A DNA stretch of 63,012 nucleotides, filler included, from Intoshia linei (taxonomy: Eukaryota > Animalia > Orthonectida): assembly GCA_001642005.1 (NCBI GenBank). It is 10 parts of 10 records of this genome, joined end to end, with 100 filler letters (N's around TTAATTAATTAA, not from the genome) between each part and the next. Parts side by side here need not be neighbours in the genome. Positions count along the whole stretch, not along the records: positions 33,491 to 48,252 come from LWCA01000945.1; positions 48,353 to 54,117 come from LWCA01001751.1; 8 more parts are not named here. One strand, 5' to 3'. Below are positions 36,058 to 48,740 of this stretch, piece by piece; positions within the stretch are counted from its first letter, which is position 1; the number at the start of each line of letters is the position of its first letter. The notes under the pieces were generated by a model. The model was given only the letters and a program-made list of their open reading frames with translations. It was not told the DNA's origin and did no database searches. A program made the translations under genes and the position numbers.

Positions 36058-37357
36058 CAATTTCGTTTCTGTTTTTTCAGACACTAAATTGCATATTACA
36101 ATTGTCAAATATTAAAAATGATCTATTTAAATTTTTGTGTTGTAATAAAACATTACTTTTAATTTATCTTCAAATATGTAACTTGAATCGAATGTTGTGT
36201 ATAACTACTAGTGTTATGTCTTATAGTGAACAAAACTGTACTGCCTAAAATGTAAATAATAAATTTGAAGTCATGACAATTCAATTGGAAATATATACCT
36301 AGTAATATCAAAATAGAGAACCTTATAATTAAAAATATTGGATCTTTAGGTAAATATTAATCATCGATAAATTAATGGAATTATATGGACTACCATTTTA
36401 ATTTTATATTAAATCAATAAAATTCCAATATATTAATTGTATTGTAAATTATAGTACCTAATTAGTATATTCAATTTCAGTTTCCGTGGTGTATTTTTAA
36501 AAATAAATTCAATTTTATCAAAGACAGATACAATGTACTCCTTTTAAATCGATAACCATTAGAATAAACAATAACTTATGGTAAATACGAAAATGCAAGT
36601 TGGTTGATTGCATTAATTAGCTGTACGAAGGTTGTTATTTAGTTTTGTTCGAATGGGAATTGGAACGTCTAACAAGGAGCCAATATCAATACAATAAGTT
36701 TACTGCCAAAATTACGTTTTATGAGGATAGTTTAATTATCTGGTGTATGCAAATAAAGACGGATAAATGCTAATCCGTTCAAATTTTTTTGCATTCAAAG
36801 GGAATGCGTAAAAAAATAAAATATTATTTAGTTATTTCAGCACATGATTGAAAATTTCAACTTAAAATACACTATCGTGGTTATCTAATTCTGTCCATTT
36901 TTTATTATTTTAATAAGGCATTTGAAACAAATAATACGTAAATTTGTATAGAAAATAAGGAAATAAAAGTAAATTATATTAACCTATGTATTATAATTAC
37001 GTCAACCTAAATTCAATTCAGGATCAATTGATGTCATAAAAGTCTGATATTAATTAAAATGATTATCATCATTTATAATAAAAGTTAATATTTTTCATAA
37101 ATTCAAATAATTTAAGTAAAACTAATAAATACCATTTTTCAAATCAAAATATACATTAGGTCAGGAGTGGGGAACATGCGGCCTATTGACGATTCGGTGC
37201 GCCTTCACATAAAAATATTTCATTCATTATTTTGGAAAAAATTTAAATATCAATTTACTAAATAAAAATTTAAATTTGACCATATCTTATCATTTTTGAA
37301 TATCTCTTAAAGCCTAATTTATTGTTATTTTTCGAAAAAATGTTGGCGATTAGTTAA

Positions 37358-37504
37358 AGTGGCCAGAAAAATACGTACTATCACTTTTAGTTTATTTGGA
37401 ATAAATTTTAAGCCGAAAATTTTTATTTGTCATATTAAGAAGTTTTTTCTTTACATTTATCATCAAATAAACTAAAACTGATAGTACGTATTTTTTTGAC
37501 CACT
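37358..37504. mobile_element. 147-bp MITE with ~40-bp TIRs (Kolobok-like: TTAA target, AG...CT ends)
   Basis: TTAA|AGTGGCCAGAAAAATACGTACTATCACTTTTAGTTTATTT and its inverse ending CCACT|TTAG. Partial copies at ~12170-12217 and ~19085-19140. Confidence 0.6.
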
Positions 37505-37637
37505 TTAGATTAGTGGACGAAACCTTTTGAGATCATATAACTCCATTAGACATATTAACAAATATTTTTCACGGATTTAAATTAAAAATACAAACGATAA
37601 AGAAGATTTGTACAACGTATGTGGTATAACATTAAAT

Positions 37638-38319
37638 CAGGGCTTCTCAACGTGAGCCATGTGGCCCACAGAAAATTTTCAACATTAAGAAAAATTTGTT
37701 GTATTAAGCCATAAAATTGCTAATCAAAACAAAATCTATAAATGTATAATCAATTTGTAATATAAGTTTGAAATTATAGTTTACAGATCTTCAAAACTTT
37801 GAACTAGATGATGAAACCAGTCATGAACTAACTAAAAAAGTATTGGACTTAAAAGAAGATTTAAAATTAGTAAGACGAATAGAAAAGGAAGGTGTATTTG
37901 GATTTATGGGAATTCAAGAATCAAATCCAATTGTGTTTGATTATGTTCAACCAAGCATTATCGCTTTTCCTACAACATGGCTTGTAGAAGCTAGATTTTC
38001 AGCAGTAGTCGATATTTTTAGTAAGAAGAGGTCAAAATTGGATGTGAACAACCGAGGAATAATGCGATTAAGATTGAATAAACTAATATAAATTGATTAC
38101 GATTCATTGTGCAACAAACACCAATGCCAAGACAGTCATTAACTAGTATAAATTTAAATCTACTTGTTGATTATTATTTTTTAACACTTTTCTTAATACT
38201 TTAAAATTTCAATAAATGAAGCATTTTACTGTAAATAAAAGTAGATATTTTAAGGTGGGCCATGGAGTTTTAGGCAAAACTTTTTTGTGCCATGGCCTGA
38301 AAAAGATTGAGAACCGCTG
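37638..38319 (+). mobile_element. Internally deleted Buster/Charlie hAT element retaining the transposase C-terminus
   Basis: CAGGGCTTCTCAA...TTGAGAACCGCTG with perfect 8-bp TSD CATTAAAT. Encodes AFPTTWLVEARFSAV...KKRSKLD...MRLRL...HQCQDSH*. Confidence 0.9.
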
Positions 38320-38607
38320 CATTAAATGATTTCAATAATTTTACTTATATAAAGTAAGTTTTTGAGAATAAAGAATTTACGCATGACTCTGCGAGGATTC
38401 CGTTGAATGGTATTTTAGTACCAGAATGGTGGTCACAAAGTGATCCATAACACTAGTCGAAGGTAAAAATTATTGATGATTTTAATTATGACTAAACAAT
38501 ATAGCATATCATTTTACATAGAATAATGAAATGTTATAAAAATTACTCGTGTAGATTTTATACAGTTCACCTTCGAAAATGGCATTTTGGCCATTTTTTT
38601 AATATTA

Positions 38608-38930
38608 CTAACTAGTACAAACAGTACCTAGCTCTGCCAATGGGCATATTTTTATTATAATATAAAAAAATAAATTCACGTTGAAAATCTAACTTAAAAA
38701 TCCTACTATTCACTATTATCCATAAACAAGTGGTTCCCAAACTTGTTTCAGGTGGAACCATCATATGACATTACTATTGAAAATCTAACTTAAAAATCCT
38801 ACTATTCACTATTATCAATTCTTTAAAGGAAAAAATAAATTCACGTTGAAAATCTAATTTAAAAATCCTACTATTCACTATTATCAATCCTTTAAAGGAG
38901 TGGTTCCCAAACTTGTTTCAGGTGAAACTG
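38608..38930 (-). mobile_element. Helitron family A 3' part with internal tandem duplications
   Basis: Contains GTACAAACAGTACCTAGCTCTGCC; the segment TTGAAAATCTAAxTTAAAAATCCTACTATTCACTATTATC is repeated three times. Confidence 0.7.
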
Positions 38931-39594
38931 CCCTTTGTTTGTCATTTCAAATAGCTGGGTAAGCCAGACAAAAAATTCTTACATTTTTTTGTTTGAATGT
39001 ATTGATTTTAATTTTTTTGATGATGACACCTTTCTATAAGTATTTCATTTTTCGAGTGAATTAATCATGCCAATAAATATGTAGCGATGCTCAATTTTGC
39101 AAAAAATATCATTTACAATGGGTTTAAAGGTTGATCAAATTTAATAAAAACAATTTCAGTGTTCATCAGTAATTTTTAAATGTGAAACAAAAATATTGAT
39201 ATAAATCACATTTACTCTTTACCAAGGCTGTTATGGGTTCGTCCAATTTTCCAACAAATTTTTAATAAAAGGCTTGTTGGTGGTTAAAAAATTTTTTAAA
39301 AACTAGTTTTTTATGTTTATTAACAATTTTTATATAAATAATATAAATAAAAAAGTAAATAAAAATACAAAAGTGCCACCCCGTACGTGGATTGAATGAT
39401 ACACAATTATCAAAAAATTATATAAAAAGGACTAAAAAAGACACTGGGGCAAAGCACTTCAAAATATGAATAATGAGAAAAATTTAATTTATTTTGTATA
39501 GTAAATTTCATAGTAATAATTATTTCCATAAGAATTAATTTTCAATTTATATTTTTTTATATTTATTCAGTTTTCTCATTGGAATCAGTTTTTT

Positions 39595-39815
39595 ATCAAT
39601 TCGGCGTTCATGATTCGCTAGATTATAATTTTATATTTAAAATAATATTTTTAAGAAAATTTTCATATATTAGTTACTGCTAGCGATATATTGTTCAAAA
39701 CTTTAGAGGCGATGGCCCATAGTTTTTTTACAGTTGAGAGGTAAGATAAGAGTGCAAATTAAATCTTTTAAAATGTTCATATGATGGAAGGGCGCACTTT
39801 TGATATAAAAATTCG
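39595..39815. repeat. Dispersed repeat, inverted copy at ~44900-45135
   Basis: ATCAATTCGGCGTTCATGATTCGCTAGA...GTTCATATGATGGAAGGG matches the reverse complement of CCCTTCCGTCATATGAAC...TCTAGCGAATCATGAACGCCGAATTGAT. Confidence 0.7.
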
Positions 39816-42494
39816 TTCACACCCCTAAGCAAGGTATTAATGTAGTAAAACATTATTTAAGTGTGGATCAGTCTTAGTTTAGATCAGTTAAATTATTATT
39901 GGTATATTTTATCTTGGAAGATAATTGTTCGCAACATTTTTTTAATACTTGGATAATCGTTGTTTTGATCATGAAATTTCACATTATAGAGGTTCCCATT
40001 TATGTCAATGCTTATGATTTTAAAAACTATCCTAGAATTTATGCTTTATAAAAATTTAGGACAAGTTTCATTTTTAAAACAAAAGGTAATTTGGGCTTTT
40101 GACCATGAAGGTGTGCGTTTCTGATGCTAATATTAATAAACTTCCAATGCGTCCCACAATGTATGTTTCATTAAACTGATTTATTTAATTTTAAACAAAA
40201 GGGAAAATTGGGTTTTTTATCATGAAGAACTCAAATTCAGAAATTGAAAAATAGATAATTAATTTCAAAAAATTAAAAATAAATTTATATAAAAAATTGT
40301 GGTTTTTAAATATACGGTAACAAACATTCAATTTTCAGAACAAAATTTATATCGAACCTACTATTATCAAAACCCCCTGATAATCAGAAATAGGCTCCTA
40401 TATTTTTTTGAAAATGATGCGTAATGCTATTTCTAGACGGATCTAAATTTCACACAAAATAATTGATAGCCAAAAATATACTTTTTTAAAAGCTCAATTT
40501 GAAAAAAGTGAGCGCGGAATCAGAACTTTACGATAAGAATCTCGGTACAGTAGATTCGGTGCTTTCGTCGATATTTACAATTCTTTACTTTTTATTTTTA
40601 ATTTAATTCAACATTTTGAAAATTCAAATTCAATTTTGGTTGATAAAATGTTAACATGTGTTTTTGATAGCAAAATTCAAATTTATAAAATTAACATTTT
40701 TTATCCATAAAGTGAAATGGTCACACCGGTTGATAAACACTGATATTGATTATGAGTAATAATAGACACTCAATGGTTATATAAAAAAATTAGCAATTTA
40801 AAACCTAATAACGTTTGATAATATCACCCAATGGGCAATTCATCCACACAATATACGTTAAATGTTATCGATACTAATAATATAATACTACTGATTAGAA
40901 TAATAATTATTTATAATGAAAAACCCTAAGACTGGTTAACTATAACTTTACATAACGAAATACATTATAAATAATGATAATCAGCTGCTTTTAATATATA
41001 AAATATACATTTTATGTGCATGTCATCCAGTGATCAAATCTTCAAAAACATCAACACTCTACACCAGTGGTTGCAACCTGAATCCTTGCAAAATTGTGAG
41101 GGTAATCATTTGGGTAAGACACGTCCATAACTTATGTAATAAATTATTTTTGAAAAAAATTAAAAGTATATTGTATGTATTGTATTTTAATATTAATACC
41201 GGTAAATTTTCTCGTCCAAACACATCCGGCCAACCCCAAGTTACCAGAGCCTTCAGTAAAATATAAATTTTTATAAATCGCAGTTATGAATTCAAAAAAA
41301 ATCGATGCAACCCATAGAAATGCCTATAATAAAGGTAAAAACGATTAAGTCGCGCTGCTCTATTCTACATATAAAATGTTTCAGTGATATTATCTATAAA
41401 TAGAGGTTAAATATTTTAGAGGGCAATAATAGTAAAAAGGTCAGAATAAAGTAATGTCGATTTATTGTAATAATCTACATTTACACAAAACTCGTGTATA
41501 TTTAACTAACAAATATTTTTACATTTACATTTCACGAACAAATTTTTTGACAAAATGCAAAAACCATCATTTCACCTCAACCTAAATTAAATGTAATCAA
41601 TGAAATGCCGACACAATTTGCAGATAACTTTGAAATAAAATAAACCAATTTAAAGCAAATGAAAATAAAACATGAATTATAAATAAAAATTACCAACTTT
41701 AGATGAAACAAATGCAATATAAATCGAAATTTATTTTATTTAATAAAGATAAACTATAAACTTGACGATAATGTAAATATAGAAATTTAACTGGAGAAAA
41801 CCTATAACTATAGAATTTCATATTTCATGAAAACATTTCTATAGATTAATTAAATTGAATTGACTGTAATTTATAAAAAGATCAATCATTTCCAATGACT
41901 ATTTTTACTTTATATCGTTTTAAAATTCTACTAATGTTTTTTTTGAAAATCGTCTAGAATTAATACTACAATGTAAAGTAATTCAAATAGAAATGTATAC
42001 ATTTTCAAATTTATTAGACATTATTAGACATTAGACATATTAATAAGTTTAAAAAGTAGACCCTCATGATTGTAGACCCGGTCATATGACGCCTAGCCCT
42101 CTCCACGGCCCTGGTTCAACCCGTTGATGGATCTGGTACGCTATGTTGGGTCTAATCGGGAATAACGTGTTTTGGGTCAAGTATTTTTAATATTCAAGTT
42201 TGATTTATGTAACCACTTTTAAAACATACTGTCAATCAAATAATTATTAAAAATCATTACTTATATTGTGTAATTTAGTTAAAAATGTATATCTGTTTGT
42301 CTATTTATTGGTTACTTTTTATATAAGAAAGTAATAAGTGTAGAGCTTTAAGATTACATTCCTTCTAATACAGTTTTTCGAGGGTGATGTTTAATCGCAA
42401 ATTTCATTTTAAGAAATTCAGTTCTTAAGGTCAAAAACCCCAAATTATCCTATTTTGTAAAAATGAAGAAATTCCTAGAATTTTATAAAACAGT

Positions 42495-42990
42495 CGGTTG
42501 ACTGTTATGTACTACGTACAAACATCACCTAGCTCTGCCGAGGGTACATTTTTATTCAACCAAAAAAATAATATTCACGTTAAAAATCCTATTATTCACT
42601 ATTATCAATCCTTTAAAGGAGTGGTTCCCAAACTTGTTTCAGGTGGAACCATCATATCACATTACTTTTTACTTTAAAGTCAATTATTCCATCTTAATTT
42701 TTTTGTTAACATTTGCGTAAAGAATTTTAAAAACAATTGTTATCTCATTTTTTTAATTTATTAGACAGAATATACAAATGTATGTATAATAATTTATTAT
42801 TAAAAATAAAGTAAAATACAGTTCAGTAAATTCAATAAAGTTATTAAATTCAAAAAGTTCAATAAAGTACAGTCCAATCCTAAAAATTGTTTAAATAGCA
42901 TAAATCCCAGACAAAATAAAATTATAAAAACTTATTTTGTCATTTTCAATCTGATGATATATATTCAGTACTAATTTAATAAATACTTAA
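42495..42990 (-). mobile_element. Helitron family A 3' half
   Basis: GGTTGACTGTTATGTACTACGTACAAACA hairpin end; body matches 20067-20470. Confidence 0.75.
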
Positions 42991-43139
42991 AAATACCAAT
43001 TACAGGGTTGATCATAATATTATAATAATTTATTTTTACATATTGATTGGTTAATATTATATTAATGAGTAGACCAAATAAAATAAATTTTTAATTACGG
43101 GTTAAATACATATTTATCTTCATTTGTATACATTTAATA

Positions 43140-43640
43140 TTTTGTGGTTCCTCCTTAACGGTGATTAGGGATTAATTCTGCGAGGCATTGAATTTATAAG
43201 ACTTTTCGATAGTTCTTTAATTGTAGATGAATTTCTCCAGACAAAATTGATGCGATAAATCAATTCAGATGTTGTTCTAATTTCAATCTGGTTCACCTCA
43301 TCTTACAATTTCGACCACAACATTTCTATGATTCATGTCTGGCGAATTTCTGACCAATACGGGAAAGAAATACCCTTATCCTTAAAATAGCAAGTGATGA
43401 ATTTAGTTTTGTGGCAAGTAGCTGAATCTTGTTAGAATACAAATCCTCCATTTGTATTCCATTCACTTATTTCATTTAAAAATACTTGTAAAACATTCTT
43501 ATAAACTTTTTGGTCCATTTTACCTTCCACAATCTATTTTTCTAATAACCATAACAGATAAAGCCCCAAATCATAACCTTACATGGAAATTTTACCATTT
43601 TTTTGATACAATCTGGCCTAAATGCTTTATTTGATATATT
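43140..43640 (-). pseudogene. Tc1-like transposase, catalytic half
   Basis: VKFPCKVMIWG, IVEGKMDQKVY, F*QDSATCH, NSPDMN.IEMLW (DD34E motifs). Confidence 0.85.
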
Positions 43641-43649
43641 TAGTTAGTG

Positions 43650-43824
43650 CAGTGGTTTTCAACCGGGGGGTCGTGAAAATTTAAACGCAGTATAAAATAT
43701 AAATAAAACTGAATATGTTTTTTTAATATTTTCATTTATACGATTTAATAAGATGTTTAGAGTACATAGAAAATTTTTATGTTTATAAGGAGGGTCGCGA
43801 ACACTAAAAGGTTGAAAACCACTG
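43650..43824. mobile_element. 175-bp Buster-type hAT MITE
   Basis: Perfect 15-bp TIRs CAGTGGTTTTCAACC / GGTTGAAAACCACTG; perfect 8-bp TSD AGTTAGTG. Confidence 0.92.
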
Positions 43825-44139
43825 AGTTAGTGTGTCCATAAGTACTTATTTTTAAATGTCAAAAATACGTAGTAAATTAGTGTGTCTAGATTTTATAAGT
43901 ACTAAATATTACTATTAAGTACAGTATAAGTATTAGTACTAAATAAATACTTTTCGAAATGTGTTAGAAACAAAAAGAACAATAAAATTGGAATTGTAAG
44001 TTCTAACAATGTGAAATTTTCAATAATTTTAAAAGAATTAACAATTTAAAATATGAAATGTAAATGTTAATTTTATTGATATTTATCATTGGAAATTATT
44101 TTTTTACATAATTCACTATCATTTTCCAAATGTTTGTAA

Positions 44140-44437
44140 AAATTGGCACTGAAGATTTAATTTTTTTAAATTTAAATTTATGTTTATGATTTTAAAATTC
44201 GCATCAGCATATATATTTTTTTATATTCTTCAACTCGTTTGATTTTCAAAAAGAAGGACAACTGGGGTTTTTGACCCGTAAGATGTGAAATTGGGAGGTT
44301 GAAATTTATCTTATTATACGTCCCGGAAAAAACTGTAATTTAAATGTGGTCTTTAAAAAATTCTAAGACGGGTAGTCATTTAAATAAAGCGGGACACACA
44401 CAAACAAAAATCGCGTAGCATATTATATAAGTTACGA
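44140..44437 (-). mobile_element. Helitron family A 5' part
   Basis: A|TCGTAACTTATATAATATGC start on the minus strand; family body. Confidence 0.75.
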
Positions 44438-44539
44438 TCTTTCAGTCTTGATGTTGAGTAATAATAAATATTCTTGTAACTATTCTAAACTAAGTTTAGT
44501 TTTAAATTAATATTAAATAACAGTAGAATATGTTACGAT

Positions 44540-44790
44540 GTCTAACATTGCGTATATGAACATATTTTTGACCAAACCAACATTTTTGCCTTTTCTACTT
44601 ATCAAATCAGTTAATATCACTCCTTTTATTTCTAATTTTTCAATCCAAATCAATAATTTGCGTTCTACTTCTTCATATTTTAATGACGTGAAAATTGATC
44701 ATGGAAACATAATATATTTTCTTGTGAATATTTTATTATTCTATATTTTTCTTCGTTAGTCAATCGAGTGTATTTCATTCTTTTATTATT
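44540..44790 (-). pseudogene. pogo/Tigger (CENP-B-like HTH) transposase N-terminal remnant
   Basis: YTRLTNEEKYRII and KYEEVERKLLIWIEKLEIKGVILTD match the two HTH regions of Tigger transposases. Confidence 0.6.
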
Positions 44791-45534
44791 ATTGATCATG
44801 AATGTCGCAAATTTATTTAAAATAGAAATGATAGAAAATGTAATAATAAAATTTTACTATGGAAGTTAGAGGTGTCAACGAATTTTTATATCAAAATTAC
44901 ACCCTTCCGTCATATGAACATTTTTAAAATATTTAATTTGCACCCAATCTTACCTCTTAACTGCTAAAAAAACCCTGGGGCATCGCCTTTTAAAAGTTTT
45001 AAACAATATATCACTCACAATAACTAATATATGACAATTTTCTTAAAAATATTATTTTAAATATAAAATTTTTAATACAAATAGCTAAAGATGCGCAAAA
45101 TTATCGTCTAGCGAATCATGAACGCCGAATTGATATTTAAATATTGTATTATTAATTAGTGAAATAAATACCATTCAAAAATCACTTCGAAAATCCGAAA
45201 AGAAAACGAAAGAATTGAATCTAATTATTAAAGATGATAAATCTGAAATTTTTTTCTTCATTGAAACAACAAGTCATATACTTATTTAATTAATTAAGCA
45301 TCAGAAACTGAACAAAAAAATAGCAGACGTATTGCAAGGGAGTTGAATGAATTGGAAGATCGGAACATGCAATTAGATCAAATTAATGCAAAATTAAAAT
45401 TTAAACGTTAAACCCTTTTTAATAAATATTCAAACATGTCGATTTAATTTTATTTGTTACAATTTCGTACACTACATTGTATAATACACTTGTAATACAA
45501 ATAAGTAATAATAGGTAAAACAATTAAAATACAA

Positions 45535-46052
45535 TTAATTATCACCAACATTAAAATTGAAATTCATGTTGGATTGATTTTTATAACATAATAAACAAAT
45601 CCATTTCTCTAATATAAAATTAAAACAATAGGATAATTAGTAATTACCATCTGGAGGGTTTTCCATTGGTGGATTAAGACAATACATGTGATAACCCCGA
45701 TCACAACCATCACAGAATAGCATTTTTTCCTATGTTAACAATTAATTAAAATTTTAATATATTTCTAATAAAAGTAAACTATCATTGTATATAATATAAG
45801 GTCGGAAATCTACACTCACCAACACATCGGTACCACGTGTCAGGTTACATTTAATTTCATTTGTTAAGCATTAGGTCGCAATGGATGGTTGGCAAGGGTT
45901 GAAGACGCTTACTCTAATTCGTAATTAATATAAAATTACATCATTATCTGACAATTTACAAACCCAACAAGTTTTACATTCGATACACTGCCAAGGGTAA
46001 GTTAAAATCTGAGCTTTCATGGAAGTATTAAATTTCAAACATGAAGTGTGAG
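45535..46052 (-). CDS. DPF/d4 (BAF45)-family double PHD finger protein, last three exons
   Basis: Exons 46052-45940, 45729-45648 and 45608-45535 (39-nt last intron): HTSCLKF...[15 protein letters not shown]...[36 protein letters not shown]...*. Confidence 0.9.
45783..45911 (-). ncRNA. Candidate intronic two-hairpin (H/ACA-like) RNA
   Basis: 129-nt GC-elevated island: hairpin closed by TAAGCGT/ATGCTTA, hinge AAATGA (ANANNA), hairpin closed by AATGTAA/TTATATT, then ACA+3 nt. G.U pairs favour the host-sense strand. Confidence 0.4.
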
Positions 46053-46299
46053 CTAAATTAAATAATTAATTATTTTTATTAGTTGTTACGTTTTGCGGGC
46101 ATACGTGACTGGATAGAGCCAGTGACTAATATGGATAGAACAACCAAAAATCAGAAATAGTATTTTCATTAGTTACTTGATAGCACCAATAATGTCGCAT
46201 AGTTGTTTAATATCGGATTCATATCCATATATGAATCATTCAAAATTTTCAAAATGATCGAATGGTTTATATAGGTCTACCAAAAAAAATAAATAAAAA

Positions 46300-46480
46300 T
46301 CAAAATTTACACTACCTTTAGGGAAAAATCTAGTTTTACCAATCCTAAAAGAAAAAATCCAGTTTTACCAATCCTAAAATGAAAAATACAATTTTACCAA
46401 CTCTTTAGTGAAAAATCTAGTTTTACCAATATTAAAAGAAAAAATCCAGTTTTATCAACACTTTAGGGAAAAATGCAGTA
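46300..46480 (-). repeat. Degenerate ~28-bp tandem repeat, same unit as 33655-33800
   Basis: About 6 units of GAAAAATCxAGTTTTACCAAxxCT. Confidence 0.7.
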
Positions 46481-46499
46481 ATATAATATCCCTTTAAAT

Positions 46500-46832
46500 T
46501 CGAGGGCTGATTTTATAATAAAAAAAATAAATAATTTGTGGTTTTAGCGATGAAGATATAATTTTTTTTAATTTAAATTTATGATTTTAATATCCGTATC
46601 AGCGTATATATTTTTTTAAATTCTCCAACTTGTTTGATTTTTATAAAAAGGACATTTGGGGTTTTTGAGCCATAAGATGTGAGTTTGGAAGGTTGTAATT
46701 AAGCTTGCTAACACCCGGAACAAAACTGTAATTGAAATGTGGACTTTATAAAATTATAATACGTATAATTATTTAAATAAAGCTGAACACACACATACAC
46801 AAAAATCGCGTAGCATATCATATAAGTTAGGA
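46500..46832 (-). mobile_element. Helitron family A 5' part
   Basis: A|TCCTAACTTATATGATATGC start on the minus strand; family body. Confidence 0.75.
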
Positions 46833-47326
46833 TAGTCAAACATATACAGACAGTATATTTAAAGTACTGATTAAATAATTTTTTACAGCCTTTCCAATTT
46901 AAATACTGACAATAAATTATTTATACTGACACCTAAAATACTGACAATTTAATATTTTTACTGACAAACTATTTAAAATACTGACGCTATAAATACAAGC
47001 CATTATAATTGTAAATCTAACAGAACAGAATTGTTAATTAAAATCAAGGGTCGTGTATTAATTTTAAAACTAATCAAACTTTAAATATATTTATTATATA
47101 ATAAAGAAAATTCATACTTACATAATATTATACATGTAAGTAATATAATTATATTTGTTTGGTTTCATGTGGATTACAACTTCCAATTCACAACTGTGAA
47201 CGGTGAACAGCGTTTTTCAGTTTATAACAAATTTTAATTTACTTTTCGATTTTTTATACATTACACTGTAATAATCACAGTTAGATGGAATACATACATT
47301 TATTATGAAACTAATTGTAACAAAAT

Positions 47327-48150
47327 ATCCTTTACTTATATAAAATTGAATTGTCTATGTGCCTGTCTGTCTGTTACCATTTATTTAAAAAATTAACAAT
47401 GCTAACATTTAAAAAACACAACATCAAATATATTTTTTAACAGGTGATGTCTTTATCTATGTTTCATTTCCCGAAATTGAGTCCTTCAGGGTCAAAAAAC
47501 CGTTTGTCCTTTTTTTTAAATTCAAACGAATATACTATAACATATATACAGAGTTTCTCATGAATATAAATTTATTTTTCATGTACTAGTAAATGTAATT
47601 AATATTCGGAGTTTGACAAAAAAAACAAGTGTAGAAGTGATTAATAATAATTTTACAAGAATTAAAATGTCTATGACTAAATTGTTGAAAAATTTATATT
47701 CATGAGAAACTCTGTATTATAACAAATATACAATGTGAGAAAGATTTAAAAATAATTAACGTTATGATAAATTTCAAAATCTTACATATTCATGATTAAA
47801 ACCACATATTACTTTTTGTTTTAAAAATGAAACATGTCCTAAAATTTTTTAAATTATACATTCTCTGATAGTTTTTAAAATTAAAAGTATTATCATAAAT
47901 GGCAACCTCTAAAAAGTCTCTATCTTATTACACTTGATATAAACACAAAGTTCCAACCTCAGAAATCTTCGCATTCTCAGTGAAAAATAATTTTTAATAT
48001 ATTATCAACCAATATTTTTCAAATGTTGGATTAAAATACAAAAAGTAAATATTAAACCTACAAATTCAAAAAAAATGTGCATTGAACGTCTACACATTTC
48101 CAACAAAGAAATATGAATGGAAATCTGTATAATTGATTCCTTCTGATTTT
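47327..48150 (+). mobile_element. Diverged Helitron family A copy with a nested MITE
   Basis: ATCCTTTACTTATATAA..(CTGT)n start; the later body matches 30060-30280. Confidence 0.65.
47549..47714. mobile_element. 166-bp Tc1/mariner-type MITE
   Basis: Perfect 25-bp TIR CAGAGTTTCTCATGAATATAAATTT, with TA on both sides. Confidence 0.9.
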
Positions 48151-48740
48151 TTAATCATACTACGTGTGTCCCAATTTAAAGATTATAAAAAATGTTTGGA
48201 AAATGAAAATTTGAAATTTAAAAATTGCGAAAGAATGAATTATATAGATTTTNNNNNNNNNNNNNNNNNNNNNNNNNNNNNNNNNNNNNNNNNNNNTTAA
48301 TTAATTAANNNNNNNNNNNNNNNNNNNNNNNNNNNNNNNNNNNNNNNNNNNNTACAAATTTGGAAACTATTGTATAACAACCTTTAAATGAAATTAAAAG
48401 AGACGCCCTAAAAAAATTTCTTGATATTGAAATTGCACCCCATTAACTAGCCTCTTGGATGCGCCCTGCTTATTCTTAAGATTAATCATTAATGTAAGCT
48501 AATTTTGTTTATATCAAATTATTATTACAATGTAGTAATGTTTCAAAAATTTACAAAATTTCAAAAATTTCCTGTTTGAAATCATTGTTATCGTAGTACT
48601 TTCGAAAAGAGATAAATAAAACTTTTTTAAATTAATGCTTAGATTTAACACATATATATACTCCCTAATTTACATAACATAATGTACTTCTACAAGTCAA
48701 TACAATTTAAGTTAAATTATTACATTATCTTTTTTGTAAA

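Noticed and set aside
33655-46480. 28-bp repeats as a CRISPR array or CACTA subterminal repeats (CACTAC at 46310)
   Set aside because: The units are contiguous with no unique spacers, in a eukaryotic context. CACTAC is part of a degenerate unit and has no matching TAGTG end.
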